Below, piece by piece: positions 12,744 to 22,361 of a stretch of 32,000 nucleotides of DNA. Position numbers and translations under genes: made by a program. A model generated the notes under the pieces. It was not told where the DNA came from, made no database searches, and worked only from the letters and a program-made list of their open reading frames with translations. Within the stretch, counting starts at the first letter, position 1. Each line of letters opens with the position of its first letter. The stretch lies in the sequence record CM022725.1; one strand, given 5' to 3'.

Positions 12744-12771
12744 ATTATATCTCTCTCGGGCTATATCGCAA
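12744..12771 (-). promoter_or_regulatory. Candidate sigma70/PEP-type promoter for psbEFLJ
   Basis: On the minus strand: TTGCGA (12771-12766), a 16-nt spacer, then TATAAT (12749-12744), about 70 nt upstream of the psbE ATG. It lies just downstream of the hairpin that follows the preceding gene. This is motif-only evidence. Confidence 0.35.
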
Positions 12772-12804
12772 AAAAATATATGCACTAAATTAATATATTT
12801 TTTT

Positions 12805-12835
12805 TATAGAGGAATTTTGGTCAAAATCCCCTATA
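12805..12835 (-). terminator. Imperfect stem-loop downstream of the ycf2/ftsH-like ORF
   Basis: tatagaggaatttt (12805-12818), loop ggtc, then aaaatcccctata (12823-12835), with a bulge/mismatch in the G/C segment. Confidence 0.3.
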
Positions 12836-12853
12836 AAACTTTTGAAAATAAAT

Positions 12854-15800
12854 CTATTTTACGTGAATTTGTAAAAATTCATTACTTACTTGAGTAACTG
12901 ATCCAACTTCTGGGCGTTTTACATTTGTTTTGAAATCGCGAGTACCATAAGTTCCACAAATTGTTGGTGTTACTGAATAGGGTGTTGGTTGTTGTTGTGT
13001 AAATTCGTATAAACGTCCAATAATACGTTCTTTTAAACGTACCATAGAAGCTGACATCACAGATTTTTTCGAAATTCCCGAAACACGTTCATACGTTTCT
13101 AATTCATAAAACATACGACTGCGATACCATTTACCGAGAAGTTTAGTACGATGACGTAAATCATTTAAATAGAGTGAATCTCCCGTTTGCCAATTACTTG
13201 TTGCGGCTAAGCTACTAAGAGCGTTTTGTGCTTCTTGAAAGTTTACAATTGTACGCTCAAGACGATATGTTTCACAGCCTTCGGCGAATGTTCCATTTAA
13301 TTGTTTCGCAAGATTTTCACAATATGACGTTTGGGTAACAAATGTATTCATTGAACCACAACGTCGTAATTGTTTTAAAAAAGCACTTTCAGCTAAGAGT
13401 CCAAGTAATTCATTCATTAAACGTTGTGAATATTCATCAGTTGGTTTTTGAATATTTACACCAATATTTTGCATAGTGACTACTGGTGGTGTTTTAATTG
13501 TTCCAGTTTCTGTTTGCCAATTTTTCACACTAACTAATAAATGAATACACTTAGTTTTAAATGGTACAATCCCGTTTGCTTCTAAATTTTCAAAGTTAGC
13601 TACGTCCGATTTAATAAGCCCGTTATGATGAAGTTTATTAAAAAATCCTTCGTCAATTGTGGGGTTCACCGTTTTATTGTCTCGTAATGTAAAAATATTA
13701 CGTAAGGCATCATTTAATGAGGAATTCGTGTGAATTAACGTGTTAGTACGGATTGCTTGAAGTGACGAACTATTAATAAGTGAAACAACTTCTGCATGTG
13801 TAAATCCATCAGTCATTAAATCAAAATAATTCCAAGCAATATCATTCTCTAACTTTAAGCGACTTTTTGTCGCTTTGTTTTGTAATAAAAATTTACGTTC
13901 CCCAAGCACTGGTTTACGTAAATTAACAATCCATTCAAAACGTCCAGAACGTAAACAAGCTGGATCCATTTTACGTAAATCTGATACAGAACCTAATGTA
14001 AAGATTTTACGTTTTGTTGGGCGACTTTCCGAACCAATGTAATATCCGTCAAAACAAATTAAGAATTGTGTAGTTAATTGGATAAGTTCTGGGCTATTTG
14101 TACGTTCACGGTCTACAGTGATTAAGTCAATATCACGAATAAATAAGACTCCAGGAGCTTGATTTCGTACACGGCGGAATAAAGCCATAAGACGAAGTAC
14201 TCCAAATTTTGGGTCAATAAAACGGTTACTTTCAGTTTTAAAAAATGGTAATCGCGTTTCACTTGCAATGGCACGGGCTAAAAAACTACGCCCATTTCCC
14301 GGATCTCCTACTAATAACATTCCTTTTGGTAAGTCATTCAACGCATAACGGCCCGGTTTAAAAGCAGCAATTACGGGTACGTTCGATAATTCATTTTCGA
14401 TAAAAAGAAGATTTTTTAAATTGAATTTAATAAAGTTCTTTAATGAAAAAGTTTCTTCAACTTTTTCTTTTGGCATTACAAATTTACTTAATGCTGCGAG
14501 TTTTTCAGCTGTTGTTTTAAGTTGCGTTTGAATTTTATATTCAGCATTTCCCTGTTCTAATTTGTTTAATTTTTGCTGTTCTTTTTGAATAGTTGATTTT
14601 AATAATTTAAAACGGGGCTCGAAAGTTGAGCTTGAATCATTAAGATTGAAAATATTTTCACTTAAACTAGGTTCACGGTTGGCAAATTGGGTAGGATCAA
14701 TTTTTGCCTGATTAGTAAGCATACTAATTTGATTACGCTGTTTTACTACCCATTGATCTAAACTTGATGGAATTAAAGCTCCAAATGTGGATTCCCATGC
14801 TGAAAGAATTACTGTTGGAATATAAATTCCCATTCCACGGGCACGTTGAAGAGCAGAAAAAAGTTTTTCAAGTTTTTCACGGCTTCCATTAATACCCATT
14901 ACTTCTTTTAACTGTACTTTATTACGTAGTCGACCATAATGGTCTAAACGATTGTAAAGCACTGGTAATGGTTTTTTACGAACATCATAAATAAAGTGTA
15001 AACGGAAACGGTAAAGGTTGTAAGCCATATACCAAAGAAAAACTGTTGGAAGTGCAATGCTTAAAAGATCACTTTCTGTAACAATTTTATCGTCTGGATC
15101 ACCCATTAAACGAATGATCGATTTTGTACTACTAATACTATCTGGGTCACGATTATAAGGTAAATCTGTCGTTACTGTCGATGTAAAATTAGTTGTTAAG
15201 TGTTCCTCCAATTCATCTTCGTCACTTAATTTTAAGCCTAAAGTACGTGTCGCCATACTGTTAAAAGTGTCTTCCCATACTTCTTCATCATCAGGATCAA
15301 TCATCCAGTTTTGATTGTCACTAGAGTTTCGCTTTGGAAATTCATCAAAAATTTGACTGTTGGACAAATAGTGACCCATTAATTTGTCTGAATTTAAAGA
15401 TAAACTAGCATCACGAATTTGCGAGGGTTTAATTGCATGAAGCTCAGGTTCTAACATTGGGCTAATACTTGAAATCTCAACCCCAGGCATAATCAATTGG
15501 GATTGGTCTACATTCCAATCTTGAAATGGGCCACTTGAAAAATGATTTGGATAAATATTTTTCACTAAACCTGAACGGAAGAATGTTAAACGTTTTGGTA
15601 CAAAACTAGTTTTCTTAGTTTTTGCTGATTTGTTATTTTTATTAAAGCCTGGTGGTGCAAAAATATCATTAGCACTTAGTTGTTTAGTTTCAACTAATTG
15701 TTCTAAATCTGCATAGTTTGTAATACTCGCTGCTTTTTTAATTCCACCCATTTCTTGAGTAATTTCTGAATTAAACAATTCATACATTGGTGCAGTTGGA

Positions 15801-16696
15801 TATTTTTCTGCAATACGTGATGGAATAACCGAGTCGTCATTAAAGTTATCTAAGTCATCATCAAAATTTTCTTCAATATCTTTACTAATTTCTGGTTTTA
15901 CTCCTGAAAACGGGTATCCGTCGATTTTGCCAGAAAATTTTGTTCGTTGTTGAATATTAGTTAATTCATCATGACTAAAATAGTGAAGAAGTGGGGAATC
16001 TGTTCCAGCGAGCACACGTTTTCCTAATTTTCCTTTAAGAAGTGATGTTTGCTCAATTGTAGATTTTGCAGCAACAGTAAAATCTTGAAGTGGTAAAAAA
16101 CGTCTTGGCTGGTTTTTCTCAACATTAAGAAGGTATGCAGCTTTTGAAAACACGCCTCCAATAATTACAAAATAAAAACTAAGTTGGAATACACGTCGAT
16201 AGTCTAAAACATTTAAAAGATAGTCGGTAATTCCGCTAACTCCATAAGCTTTAAAATATTTTGGCCAATAGTATACATTTTCAATGATTACTTCTGGCAT
16301 GTTTGTTGCACGTCCGCGTGAGGCTCCTTTAATAATTTGATCATAATTAGTCCCTAAAAGTGCTTTAAACACTTTAAAGCGAACTACATTTTTTACAAAT
16401 GAATGGTAGCTGTTTACTACTCCGTTTTTAACTTCATATTTTACTAATTCAAGACCAGTGTAAACCACTTTATCTTTTTCTGGATCATACATTACCCAAT
16501 TTTGAACTCGGTTTTTAATTTCCGTTTCCGTTTTACGAATTGTATTATCCTTTTCCCAGTTTTCTTTTTGTAAAAGAATTGCAAGAATTTCTGGATCTGC
16601 TGTTAATGATTTTTTTTGCATTTCTTCATCAATAAATGTATGGAAAGGTGCAGTAATTTTATTTAATTTGTTTGTTTTTTTGTTTTCCTGATTCAT
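12854..16696 (-). CDS. ycf2: Ycf2 / FtsH-like AAA+ protein without protease domain (1280 aa)
   Basis: A single AAA+ module spans about aa 790-980:
- Walker A: LLVGDPGNGRSFLARAIASE (nt 14284-14307). This is GxxGxGRS as in Ycf2, not the GPPGTGKT of true FtsH.
- Walker B-like: VLFIRDIDL (nt 14123-14146).
- An FtsH-like sensor region: TDGFTHAEVVSLINSSSLQAIR.
No HExxH zinc-protease motif occurs anywhere in the translation. The roughly 780-aa N-terminal region is long and poorly conserved, with two hydrophobic segments. Confidence 0.7.
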   Translation of the reverse strand: MNQENKKTNKLNKITAPFHTFIDEEMQKKSLTADPEILAILLQKENWEKDNTIRKTETEIKNRVQNWVMYDPEKDKVVYTGLELVKYEVKNGVVNSYHSFVKNVVRFKVFKALLGTNYDQIIKGASRGRATNMPEVIIENVYYWPKYFKAYGVSGITDYLLNVLDYRRVFQLSFYFVIIGGVFSKAAYLLNVEKNQPRRFLPLQDFTVAAKSTIEQTSLLKGKLGKRVLAGTDSPLLHYFSHDELTNIQQRTKFSGKIDGYPFSGVKPEISKDIEENFDDDLDNFNDDSVIPSRIAEKYPTAPMYELFNSEITQEMGGIKKAASITNYADLEQLVETKQLSANDIFAPPGFNKNNKSAKTKKTSFVPKRLTFFRSGLVKNIYPNHFSSGPFQDWNVDQSQLIMPGVEISSISPMLEPELHAIKPSQIRDASLSLNSDKLMGHYLSNSQIFDEFPKRNSSDNQNWMIDPDDEEVWEDTFNSMATRTLGLKLSDEDELEEHLTTNFTSTVTTDLPYNRDPDSISSTKSIIRLMGDPDDKIVTESDLLSIALPTVFLWYMAYNLYRFRLHFIYDVRKKPLPVLYNRLDHYGRLRNKVQLKEVMGINGSREKLEKLFSALQRARGMGIYIPTVILSAWESTFGALIPSSLDQWVVKQRNQISMLTNQAKIDPTQFANREPSLSENIFNLNDSSSTFEPRFKLLKSTIQKEQQKLNKLEQGNAEYKIQTQLKTTAEKLAALSKFVMPKEKVEETFSLKNFIKFNLKNLLFIENELSNVPVIAAFKPGRYALNDLPKGMLLVGDPGNGRSFLARAIASETRLPFFKTESNRFIDPKFGVLRLMALFRRVRNQAPGVLFIRDIDLITVDRERTNSPELIQLTTQFLICFDGYYIGSESRPTKRKIFTLGSVSDLRKMDPACLRSGRFEWIVNLRKPVLGERKFLLQNKATKSRLKLENDIAWNYFDLMTDGFTHAEVVSLINSSSLQAIRTNTLIHTNSSLNDALRNIFTLRDNKTVNPTIDEGFFNKLHHNGLIKSDVANFENLEANGIVPFKTKCIHLLVSVKNWQTETGTIKTPPVVTMQNIGVNIQKPTDEYSQRLMNELLGLLAESAFLKQLRRCGSMNTFVTQTSYCENLAKQLNGTFAEGCETYRLERTIVNFQEAQNALSSLAATSNWQTGDSLYLNDLRHRTKLLGKWYRSRMFYELETYERVSGISKKSVMSASMVRLKERIIGRLYEFTQQQPTPYSVTPTICGTYGTRDFKTNVKRPEVGSVTQVSNEFLQIHVK

Positions 16697-16906
16697 AGTT
16701 ATTTCTCTTGATAGGACAAATTTTTTTTAATTCAAATAAAAGTCTGAATAAATTCTGTCTTTTGTTTAAATTCAAACGAATAGTAATCTTTAGAAAGATA
16801 TTGGCAAGTCTTTAGATAGCACAGAATTTTACAGAAAAATTACGGCTATAACTGTTAATTATTATATCATAGAATATTTAATTTTTTATTTTTTATGGGA
16901 TTTTTA

Positions 16907-16978
16907 CTCCCCAGATAGGATTTGAACCTATGACCAATCGGTTAACAGCCGATTGCTCTACCACTGAGCTACTGAGGA
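16907..16978 (-). tRNA. trnN: tRNA-Asn (anticodon GUU)
   Basis: The reverse complement TCCTCAGTAGCTCAGTGGTAGAGCAATCGGCTGTTAACCGATTGGTCATAGGTTCAAATCCTATCTGGGGAG has anticodon loop CTGTTAA. Confidence 0.9.
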
Positions 16979-17096
16979 TTTCAAGTTTTTTACTTCTATT
17001 TTAATCATATCAGAATCCGAAACTCTCGTCTACTATTCATTTTTGAAAAAATTACTTGAATGTTTGCTGGGTATTGCTTATACTACAAACAATTAT

Positions 17097-17169
17097 GCCT
17101 CCTTAGCTCAGTGGCTAGAGCATCGTATTTGTAATGCGAGGGTCGTCGGTTCAAATCCGACAGGAGGCT
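17097..17169 (+). tRNA. trnT: tRNA-Thr (anticodon UGU)
   Basis: GCCTCCTTAGCTCAGTGGCTAGAGCATCGTATTTGTAATGCGAGGGTCGTCGGTTCAAATCCGACAGGAGGCT has anticodon loop TTTGTAA. Confidence 0.9.
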
Positions 17170-17216
17170 AAATTTGATCTTTATTTATGGTATACTTAAC
17201 AGTAATTTTTAGAATT

Positions 17217-17290
17217 GTCTCGGTCGCCTAATGGATATGGCAGTAATCTTCTAAGTTATTTTTTTGTAGGTTCGAATCCTACCCGAGATG
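17217..17290 (+). tRNA. trnR: tRNA-Arg (anticodon UCU)
   Basis: GTCTCGGTCGCCTAATGGATATGGCAGTAATCTTCTAAGTTATTTTTTTGTAGGTTCGAATCCTACCCGAGATG has anticodon loop CTTCTAA. Position 1:72 is a G-U pair. Confidence 0.85.
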
Positions 17291-17298
17291 TTTTTCTA

Positions 17299-17333
17299 GA
17301 TTTGGTAATTAAGCATAGCTTAATTACCAAATC
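17299..17333. terminator. Perfect 16-bp stem-loop between convergent trnR and psbH
   Basis: gatttggtaattaagc (17299-17314), loop ata, then gcttaattaccaaatc (17318-17333). Confidence 0.45.
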
Positions 17334-17373
17334 CAAGGTTTTAAATATTAATTGGCTAATTTAGCTAATTCAA

Positions 17374-17610
17374 TTAAAGTCCAGTACTTGAAAGCCAGTT
17401 TACCCCAACGTTGTCAAGAATTAATGACTTGTTGTAAATTTCGAGGAGGATAACAATAAATACTGCGAATAACCCGATGAATCCTGCCATTAATACAGTT
17501 GTTCCCCATCCTGGTGCTACTTTTCCGTACTCTGAGTTAAGTGGACGTAAAGCAGTTCCTAAAGCAGTTACTTTACCTGTTCCTGCGAGTTTTGAGTCTT
17601 TTGCTGCCAT
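17374..17610 (-). CDS. psbH: Photosystem II phosphoprotein H
   Basis: The 78-aa translation has the conserved core [18 protein letters not shown] and a transmembrane helix. Confidence 0.93.
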   Translation of the reverse strand: MAAKDSKLAGTGKVTALGTALRPLNSEYGKVAPGWGTTVLMAGFIGLFAVFIVILLEIYNKSLILDNVGVNWLSSTGL

Positions 17611-17692
17611 AATATAAGTATGTAATCTATTTGTATTTTTTTACTTTCTATTTTAAAATATAACTAAATTTTCAAAAAAAAATATATAACCT

Positions 17693-17827
17693 ATGGAAAC
17701 TCCAGCATTTTTTTACGGCGTTTTTCTTTGGTGTTTATTAATTAGTGTAACTGGATATTCCATTTACATTGGTTTTGGACCACCGTCAAAAGAATTACGT
17801 GACCCTTTTGAAGAACACGAAGATTAA
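17693..17827 (+). CDS. psbN: PsbN (photosystem II assembly factor)
   Basis: Hand translation gives [44 protein letters not shown] followed by a stop (44 aa). The C-terminal LRDPFEEH.D motif is the PsbN signature. It is divergent from psbH, separated by an 82-nt spacer. Confidence 0.88.
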   Translation: METPAFFYGVFLWCLLISVTGYSIYIGFGPPSKELRDPFEEHED

Positions 17828-17847
17828 TCCAATTTGATTAAAATTCA

Positions 17848-17890
17848 AATTTGGTTTTGGCCTTTTTAACTGCAAGGCCAAAACCAAATT
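17848..17890 (+). terminator. Perfect 16-bp stem-loop downstream of psbN
   Basis: aatttggttttggcct (17848-17863), 11-nt loop, then aggccaaaaccaaatt (17875-17890), about 20 nt after the psbN stop. Confidence 0.5.
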
Positions 17891-17999
17891 TAAAATAAGT
17901 TTTAAGTTTTTTCTATTTATTATTATATCATGAAATGTTGTATACCAAAAAAGATTTGCGTCTCTTTCCAGTAAAATTCGATCCTGTTTTTATTTTGTC

Positions 18000-18033
18000 T
18001 CGTTAATCCTTACCAAATAGTAAGGATTAACGA
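18000..18033 (-). terminator. 13-bp stem-loop downstream of rps4
   Basis: tcgttaatcctta (18000-18012), loop ccaaatag, then taaggattaacga (18021-18033), about 14 nt past the rps4 stop. Confidence 0.45.
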
Positions 18034-18046
18034 AACTAACAAGATA

Positions 18047-18640
18047 TTACTTACGTGAGTAGAACTCAATAATTAATAATTCATTAATTGTTAATGCAAT
18101 TTGTGAACGTGTTACATTTCGTTCAACTTTTCCAGTTGCATTATTTTTATCAACACTTACGTGCGATGGGATTTCACCACCAAAAGTTTTACAGTGCTCA
18201 ACAATTGGTGCTGATGTACTCTTAATAATTTCACCTGCTGTACAGTTGTAGCTTGGAATTGTTACTTTCTGTCCATTTACACTAACTAATCCGTGTGAAA
18301 CATATTGACGAGCTGCACGAATTGTTGGGGCAAAACCAAGACGGTATACAATACAATCAAGACGCATTTCAAGCATTTGGAGTAATAATTCTCCAGTTGG
18401 TCCTTTTAAGCGACGTGCACGGCGTACATAACTGAGTAATTGCTTTTCGCTTACCCCATAGTTATAACGTAATTTCTGTTTCTCTTGTAAACGAACACGG
18501 TATTGTGACATTTTCGCCATTCCTGACGTTGGTCCGTGTTGTCCAGCTGGATAGTTACGGTTTGGAATTTTAGTTGTTAATCCTGGTAATTCTCCAAGAC
18601 GACGAACAATTTTAACACGTGGTCCACGGTATCGAGCCAT
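18047..18640 (-). CDS. rps4: Ribosomal protein S4
   Basis: The 197-aa translation MARYRGPRVKIVRRLGELPGLT...YRVRLQEKQKLRYNYG... is canonical S4. Confidence 0.93.
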   Translation of the reverse strand: MARYRGPRVKIVRRLGELPGLTTKIPNRNYPAGQHGPTSGMAKMSQYRVRLQEKQKLRYNYGVSEKQLLSYVRRARRLKGPTGELLLQMLEMRLDCIVYRLGFAPTIRAARQYVSHGLVSVNGQKVTIPSYNCTAGEIIKSTSAPIVEHCKTFGGEIPSHVSVDKNNATGKVERNVTRSQIALTINELLIIEFYSRK

Positions 18641-18818
18641 TTTTAATCTCCTAAATTTTATGGATATTTCAATTCTTATAGTATACTATGACTAAAGTAA
18701 TTAAAGTTTACCAGTAGATATTAAATGAATCAAAAAGAGTTAAGTTTCAAAACTTTTTTCTTGGTCCAAAATTTTCTTTACTTTTTGCTTTTTGAATAAC
18801 TCTTATACGATTTACTTT

Positions 18819-19319
18819 ATGCCACGTTCCCAAAAAAATGATAATTTTATCGACAAGACCTTTACGGTAATTGCAGATATTTTGCTAAAAGTATTACCAA
18901 CTACTCGTAATGAAAAAGAAGCTTTTATCTATTACCGAGATGGTATGTCAGCACAAGCCGAAGGTGAATATGCTGAAGCATTACAAAACTATGCTCAGGC
19001 AATGCGTTTAGAAGTGGATCCTTATGACCGTAGTTTTATTTTTTATAATATTGGTCTTATTCACACGAGTAACGGGGAACACACAAAAGCGCTTGAGTAC
19101 TATTACCAAGCATTAGACCGAAATCCTTCATTACCACAAGCATTAAATAATATTGCTGTAATTTACCATTATCGTGGCGAGCAAGCCTTAGCTGCTGGAA
19201 ATATCCCTGATTCGGAAACATTGTTTGAAAAAGCAGCGGAATATTGGAAAGAAGCAATTCGTCTTGCACCTTTAAATTATAGTGAAGCGCAAAACTGGCT
19301 TCAAACTACAGGTCGTTAG
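18819..19319 (+). CDS. ycf3: Photosystem I assembly protein Ycf3 (TPR)
   Basis: [15 protein letters not shown]...[21 protein letters not shown]... is the conserved Ycf3. The ATG is at 18819; the ORF-track start at 18792 is a TTG and is not conserved. There are no introns, and the stop is TAG. Confidence 0.93.
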   Translation: MPRSQKNDNFIDKTFTVIADILLKVLPTTRNEKEAFIYYRDGMSAQAEGEYAEALQNYAQAMRLEVDPYDRSFIFYNIGLIHTSNGEHTKALEYYYQALDRNPSLPQALNNIAVIYHYRGEQALAAGNIPDSETLFEKAAEYWKEAIRLAPLNYSEAQNWLQTTGR

Positions 19320-19367
19320 TTTTTTCACGACTATTTTTCTAATGATTAGATTCATGAGTTTATTGAT

Positions 19368-19448
19368 GCCTTAATGGTGGAATGGTAGACACGCTAGCCT
19401 TAGGAGCTAGTGCTTTACAGCGTGGAGGTTCGAGTCCTCTTTAAGGCA
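19368..19448 (+). tRNA. trnL: tRNA-Leu (anticodon UAG), long variable arm
   Basis: GCCTTAATGGTGGAATGGTAGACACGCTAGCCTTAGGAGCTAGTGCTTTACAGCGTGGAGGTTCGAGTCCTCTTTAAGGCA has anticodon loop CTTAGGA. Confidence 0.9.
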
Positions 19449-19552
19449 TAATAATAGAACTCTTTTGAGCTTTTATATAATTTTTTTAAAAAACTATTGA
19501 CAGGCTTTCTTCAAGCATTTTATACTGTAAGTGAAATGTTTTTAAACTTTAT

Positions 19553-19625
19553 GCCCCCATCGTCTAGAGGCCTAGGACATTTCCCTTTCACGGAAGTAAC
19601 AGGGATTCGAATTCCCTTGGGGGTA
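19553..19625 (+). tRNA. trnE: tRNA-Glu (anticodon UUC)
   Basis: GCCCCCATCGTCTAGAGGCCTAGGACATTTCCCTTTCACGGAAGTAACAGGGATTCGAATTCCCTTGGGGGTA has anticodon loop CTTTCAC. Confidence 0.9.
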
Positions 19626-19812
19626 TTTTTCAAAAAAATAACTTAAATTTTTAATAAAATAAATGAGTCTTGCATTTATATCGGATTTATGGTTCAATTT
19701 ATACAAAAAAATCTTACTAGACTTTAAATTTTTAGTGTTCTTCAAATGTTTTATTTGAACAAAGCTGAAAATTTATATTTTTTTGACTTTAAATTATTTT
19801 ATATTTTTACCT

Positions 19813-20025
19813 ATGAACTTTACACGTCAGCGTACGTCACCAATTCATGCGGGAGAGATTATTAGTTACAAGAACGTTGATCTTTTACGTCGTTTTATTA
19901 CGGAACAGGGTAAGATTCTTCCACGCCGTTTAACTGGTGTTACAGCGAAGGAACAGCGTCAACTTGCAAAAGCTATTAAACAAGCTCGTATTCTTGGGTT
20001 CTTACAATTCCTCTATAAAGAATAA
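19813..20025 (+). CDS. rps18: Ribosomal protein S18
   Basis: [64 protein letters not shown] matches the S18 core (Y.N..LL..FI...GKILPRR.TG....QR.L..AIK.AR). The ATG at 19813 is preferred over the TTG at 19783. Confidence 0.85.
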
Positions 20026-20033
20026 TTTCTTAA

Positions 20034-20411
<378 letters not shown>

Positions 20412-20461
20412 AACTTCCTTTTCATTAAGGTTTATTTAATTTTATTTACCATTTTTTAGTT

Positions 20462-20932
20462 ATGTCACGCCGAACTGTAGCAAAAAAACGTCCGGTTGCT
20501 CCGGACCCAGTTTACCAAAGTCGCCTTGTAAGTTTATTAGTAAGCCACCTTTTAAAAAAGGGGAAGAAAAGTATTGCGTACAACATTTTCTATGCGGCTA
20601 TGAAAAATATTGCGGAGACAACATCACAAGATCCTCTTGAAGTGTTACGTCAAGCAGTATTAAATATTACTCCGAAAGTTGAAGTTAAATCTCGCCGTAT
20701 TGGTGGGGCAACACTCCAAGTTCCACTTGAAGTAAAAGCTGATCGTGGAACTGCGTTAGCCCTTCGTTGGTTATTAATTGCAGCCCGTGGCCGTTCTGGT
20801 CGTAATATGGTTTCAAAACTTGCGGCAGAAATTATTGATGCATCAAACAACACTGGTGCAGCAATTCGTCGTCGTGAAGAAACGCACCGTATGGCGGAAG
20901 CAAATAAAGCATTTGCACATTTCCGTTTCTAA
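20462..20932 (+). CDS. rps7: Ribosomal protein S7
   Basis: The 156-aa translation [10 protein letters not shown]...[30 protein letters not shown]... is canonical S7, following rps12. Confidence 0.95.
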   Translation: MSRRTVAKKRPVAPDPVYQSRLVSLLVSHLLKKGKKSIAYNIFYAAMKNIAETTSQDPLEVLRQAVLNITPKVEVKSRRIGGATLQVPLEVKADRGTALALRWLLIAARGRSGRNMVSKLAAEIIDASNNTGAAIRRREETHRMAEANKAFAHFRF

Positions 20933-20941
20933 TTTCTACTT

Positions 20942-20972
20942 AATGTAATAGTCCTGAGACGACTATTACATT
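20942..20972 (+). terminator. Perfect 12-bp stem-loop between rps7 and tufA
   Basis: aatgtaatagtc (20942-20953), 7-nt loop, then gactattacatt (20961-20972). Confidence 0.4.
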
Positions 20973-21018
20973 TTATTTTATAAAGCCAAAATCAAAATTT
21001 TTTTACATTTAAAAAATT

Positions 21019-22248
21019 ATGGCACGCGAAAAGTTTGAGCGTACGAAACCGCACGTAAACATTGGAACAATTGGACACGTTGACCACGGAAAAACAACAC
21101 TTACAGCAGCTATTACTATGGCAATGGCAGCTCGTGGTGGATCTGCTGGTAAAAAGTATGATGAGATTGACTCTTCTCCAGAAGAGAAGGCACGTGGAAT
21201 TACTATTAACACTGCACACGTGGAGTATGAAACAGCAACTCGTCACTACGCACACGTAGATTGTCCAGGTCACGCGGACTATGTAAAAAATATGATTACT
21301 GGTGCTGCACAAATGGATGGTGCTATTCTTGTAGTATCTGGTGCTGACGGACCTATGCCACAAACAAAAGAGCACATTCTTCTTGCTAAGCAAGTAGGTG
21401 TACCAAACGTTGTTGTTTTCTTAAATAAAGAAGACCAAGTTGATGACGAGGAATTACTTGAGCTCGTAGACATGGAAATCCGTGATACACTCTCAAACTA
21501 TGACTTCCCTGGTGATGAAATTCCAGTAGTTGCTGGTTCTGCTCTTTTAGCTTTAGAAGCTCTTACTTCAAACCCTAAAGTAAAAGATGGGGAAGACAAG
21601 TGGGTAGACAAGATTTTCGCATTAATGGATGCTGTAGATTCATACATTCCAACACCTGCACGTGAAACAGATAAAACTTTCCTTATGGCAGTTGAGGACG
21701 TATTCTCAATTACAGGTCGTGGAACAGTAGCAACTGGACGTGTAGAGCGTGGAACAGTTAAAGTTGGAGACAACATTGAAATTATTGGTTACGTTGATAC
21801 TCGTGTAGCAACTGTAACTGGTTTAGAAATGTTCCAAAAGACTCTTGATGAGTCAGTAGCTGGAGATAACGTAGGTGTACTCCTCCGTGGGATCCAAAAA
21901 GATGACATTGAGCGTGGAATGGTACTTGCTAAGCCAGGTACAATTACACCACACACAAAATTTGAAGCTCAAGTTTATGTACTTAAGAAAGAAGAAGGTG
22001 GACGTCACACTCCATTCTTCCCTGGATACCGTCCACAATTCTATGTACGTACAACTGACGTAACAGGTAAGATTGAATCTTTTATCTCTGATGATGGTGA
22101 TGAGGCAACAATGGTAATGCCTGGTGACCGTGTAAAGATGGTAGTAGAGCTTATTCAACCGATTGCAATCGAAAACGGAATGCGTTTCGCAATTCGTGAA
22201 GGTGGTCGTACTGTTGGAGCTGGGGTAGTATCTACAATCCTTAAATAA
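21019..22248 (+). CDS. tufA: Translation elongation factor Tu
   Basis: The 409-aa translation has [18 protein letters not shown] and NKED GTPase motifs and is highly conserved throughout. Confidence 0.97.
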   Translation: MAREKFERTKPHVNIGTIGHVDHGKTTLTAAITMAMAARGGSAGKKYDEIDSSPEEKARGITINTAHVEYETATRHYAHVDCPGHADYVKNMITGAAQMDGAILVVSGADGPMPQTKEHILLAKQVGVPNVVVFLNKEDQVDDEELLELVDMEIRDTLSNYDFPGDEIPVVAGSALLALEALTSNPKVKDGEDKWVDKIFALMDAVDSYIPTPARETDKTFLMAVEDVFSITGRGTVATGRVERGTVKVGDNIEIIGYVDTRVATVTGLEMFQKTLDESVAGDNVGVLLRGIQKDDIERGMVLAKPGTITPHTKFEAQVYVLKKEEGGRHTPFFPGYRPQFYVRTTDVTGKIESFISDDGDEATMVMPGDRVKMVVELIQPIAIENGMRFAIREGGRTVGAGVVSTILK

Positions 22249-22270
22249 TTTATTTCATCTGAAATAAATG

Positions 22271-22315
22271 AAAATTAACCATTTTATTAATAAAAAAAAT
22301 AAAATGGTTAATTTT
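22271..22315 (+). terminator. Perfect 16-bp AT-rich stem-loop downstream of tufA
   Basis: aaaattaaccatttta (22271-22286), A-rich 13-nt loop, then taaaatggttaatttt (22300-22315). Confidence 0.45.
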
Positions 22316-22361
22316 TAACGGAATTACTTGCTTTATTTTGTAGAAGAAATATACTATGTAG

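Noticed and set aside
12712-12897. 61-aa + strand ORF spanning the psbE-ycf2 spacer
   Set aside because: It is an AT-rich spacer ORF that overlaps the candidate psbE promoter, the hairpin and the 3' end of the ycf2-like gene. It has no recognisable product.
18792-18818. TTG-initiated extension of ycf3, and the analogous TTG extension of rps18 (19783-19812)
   Set aside because: The conserved protein N-termini begin at the downstream ATGs (18819 and 19813). The extensions are I/F/Y/N-rich spacer translations.
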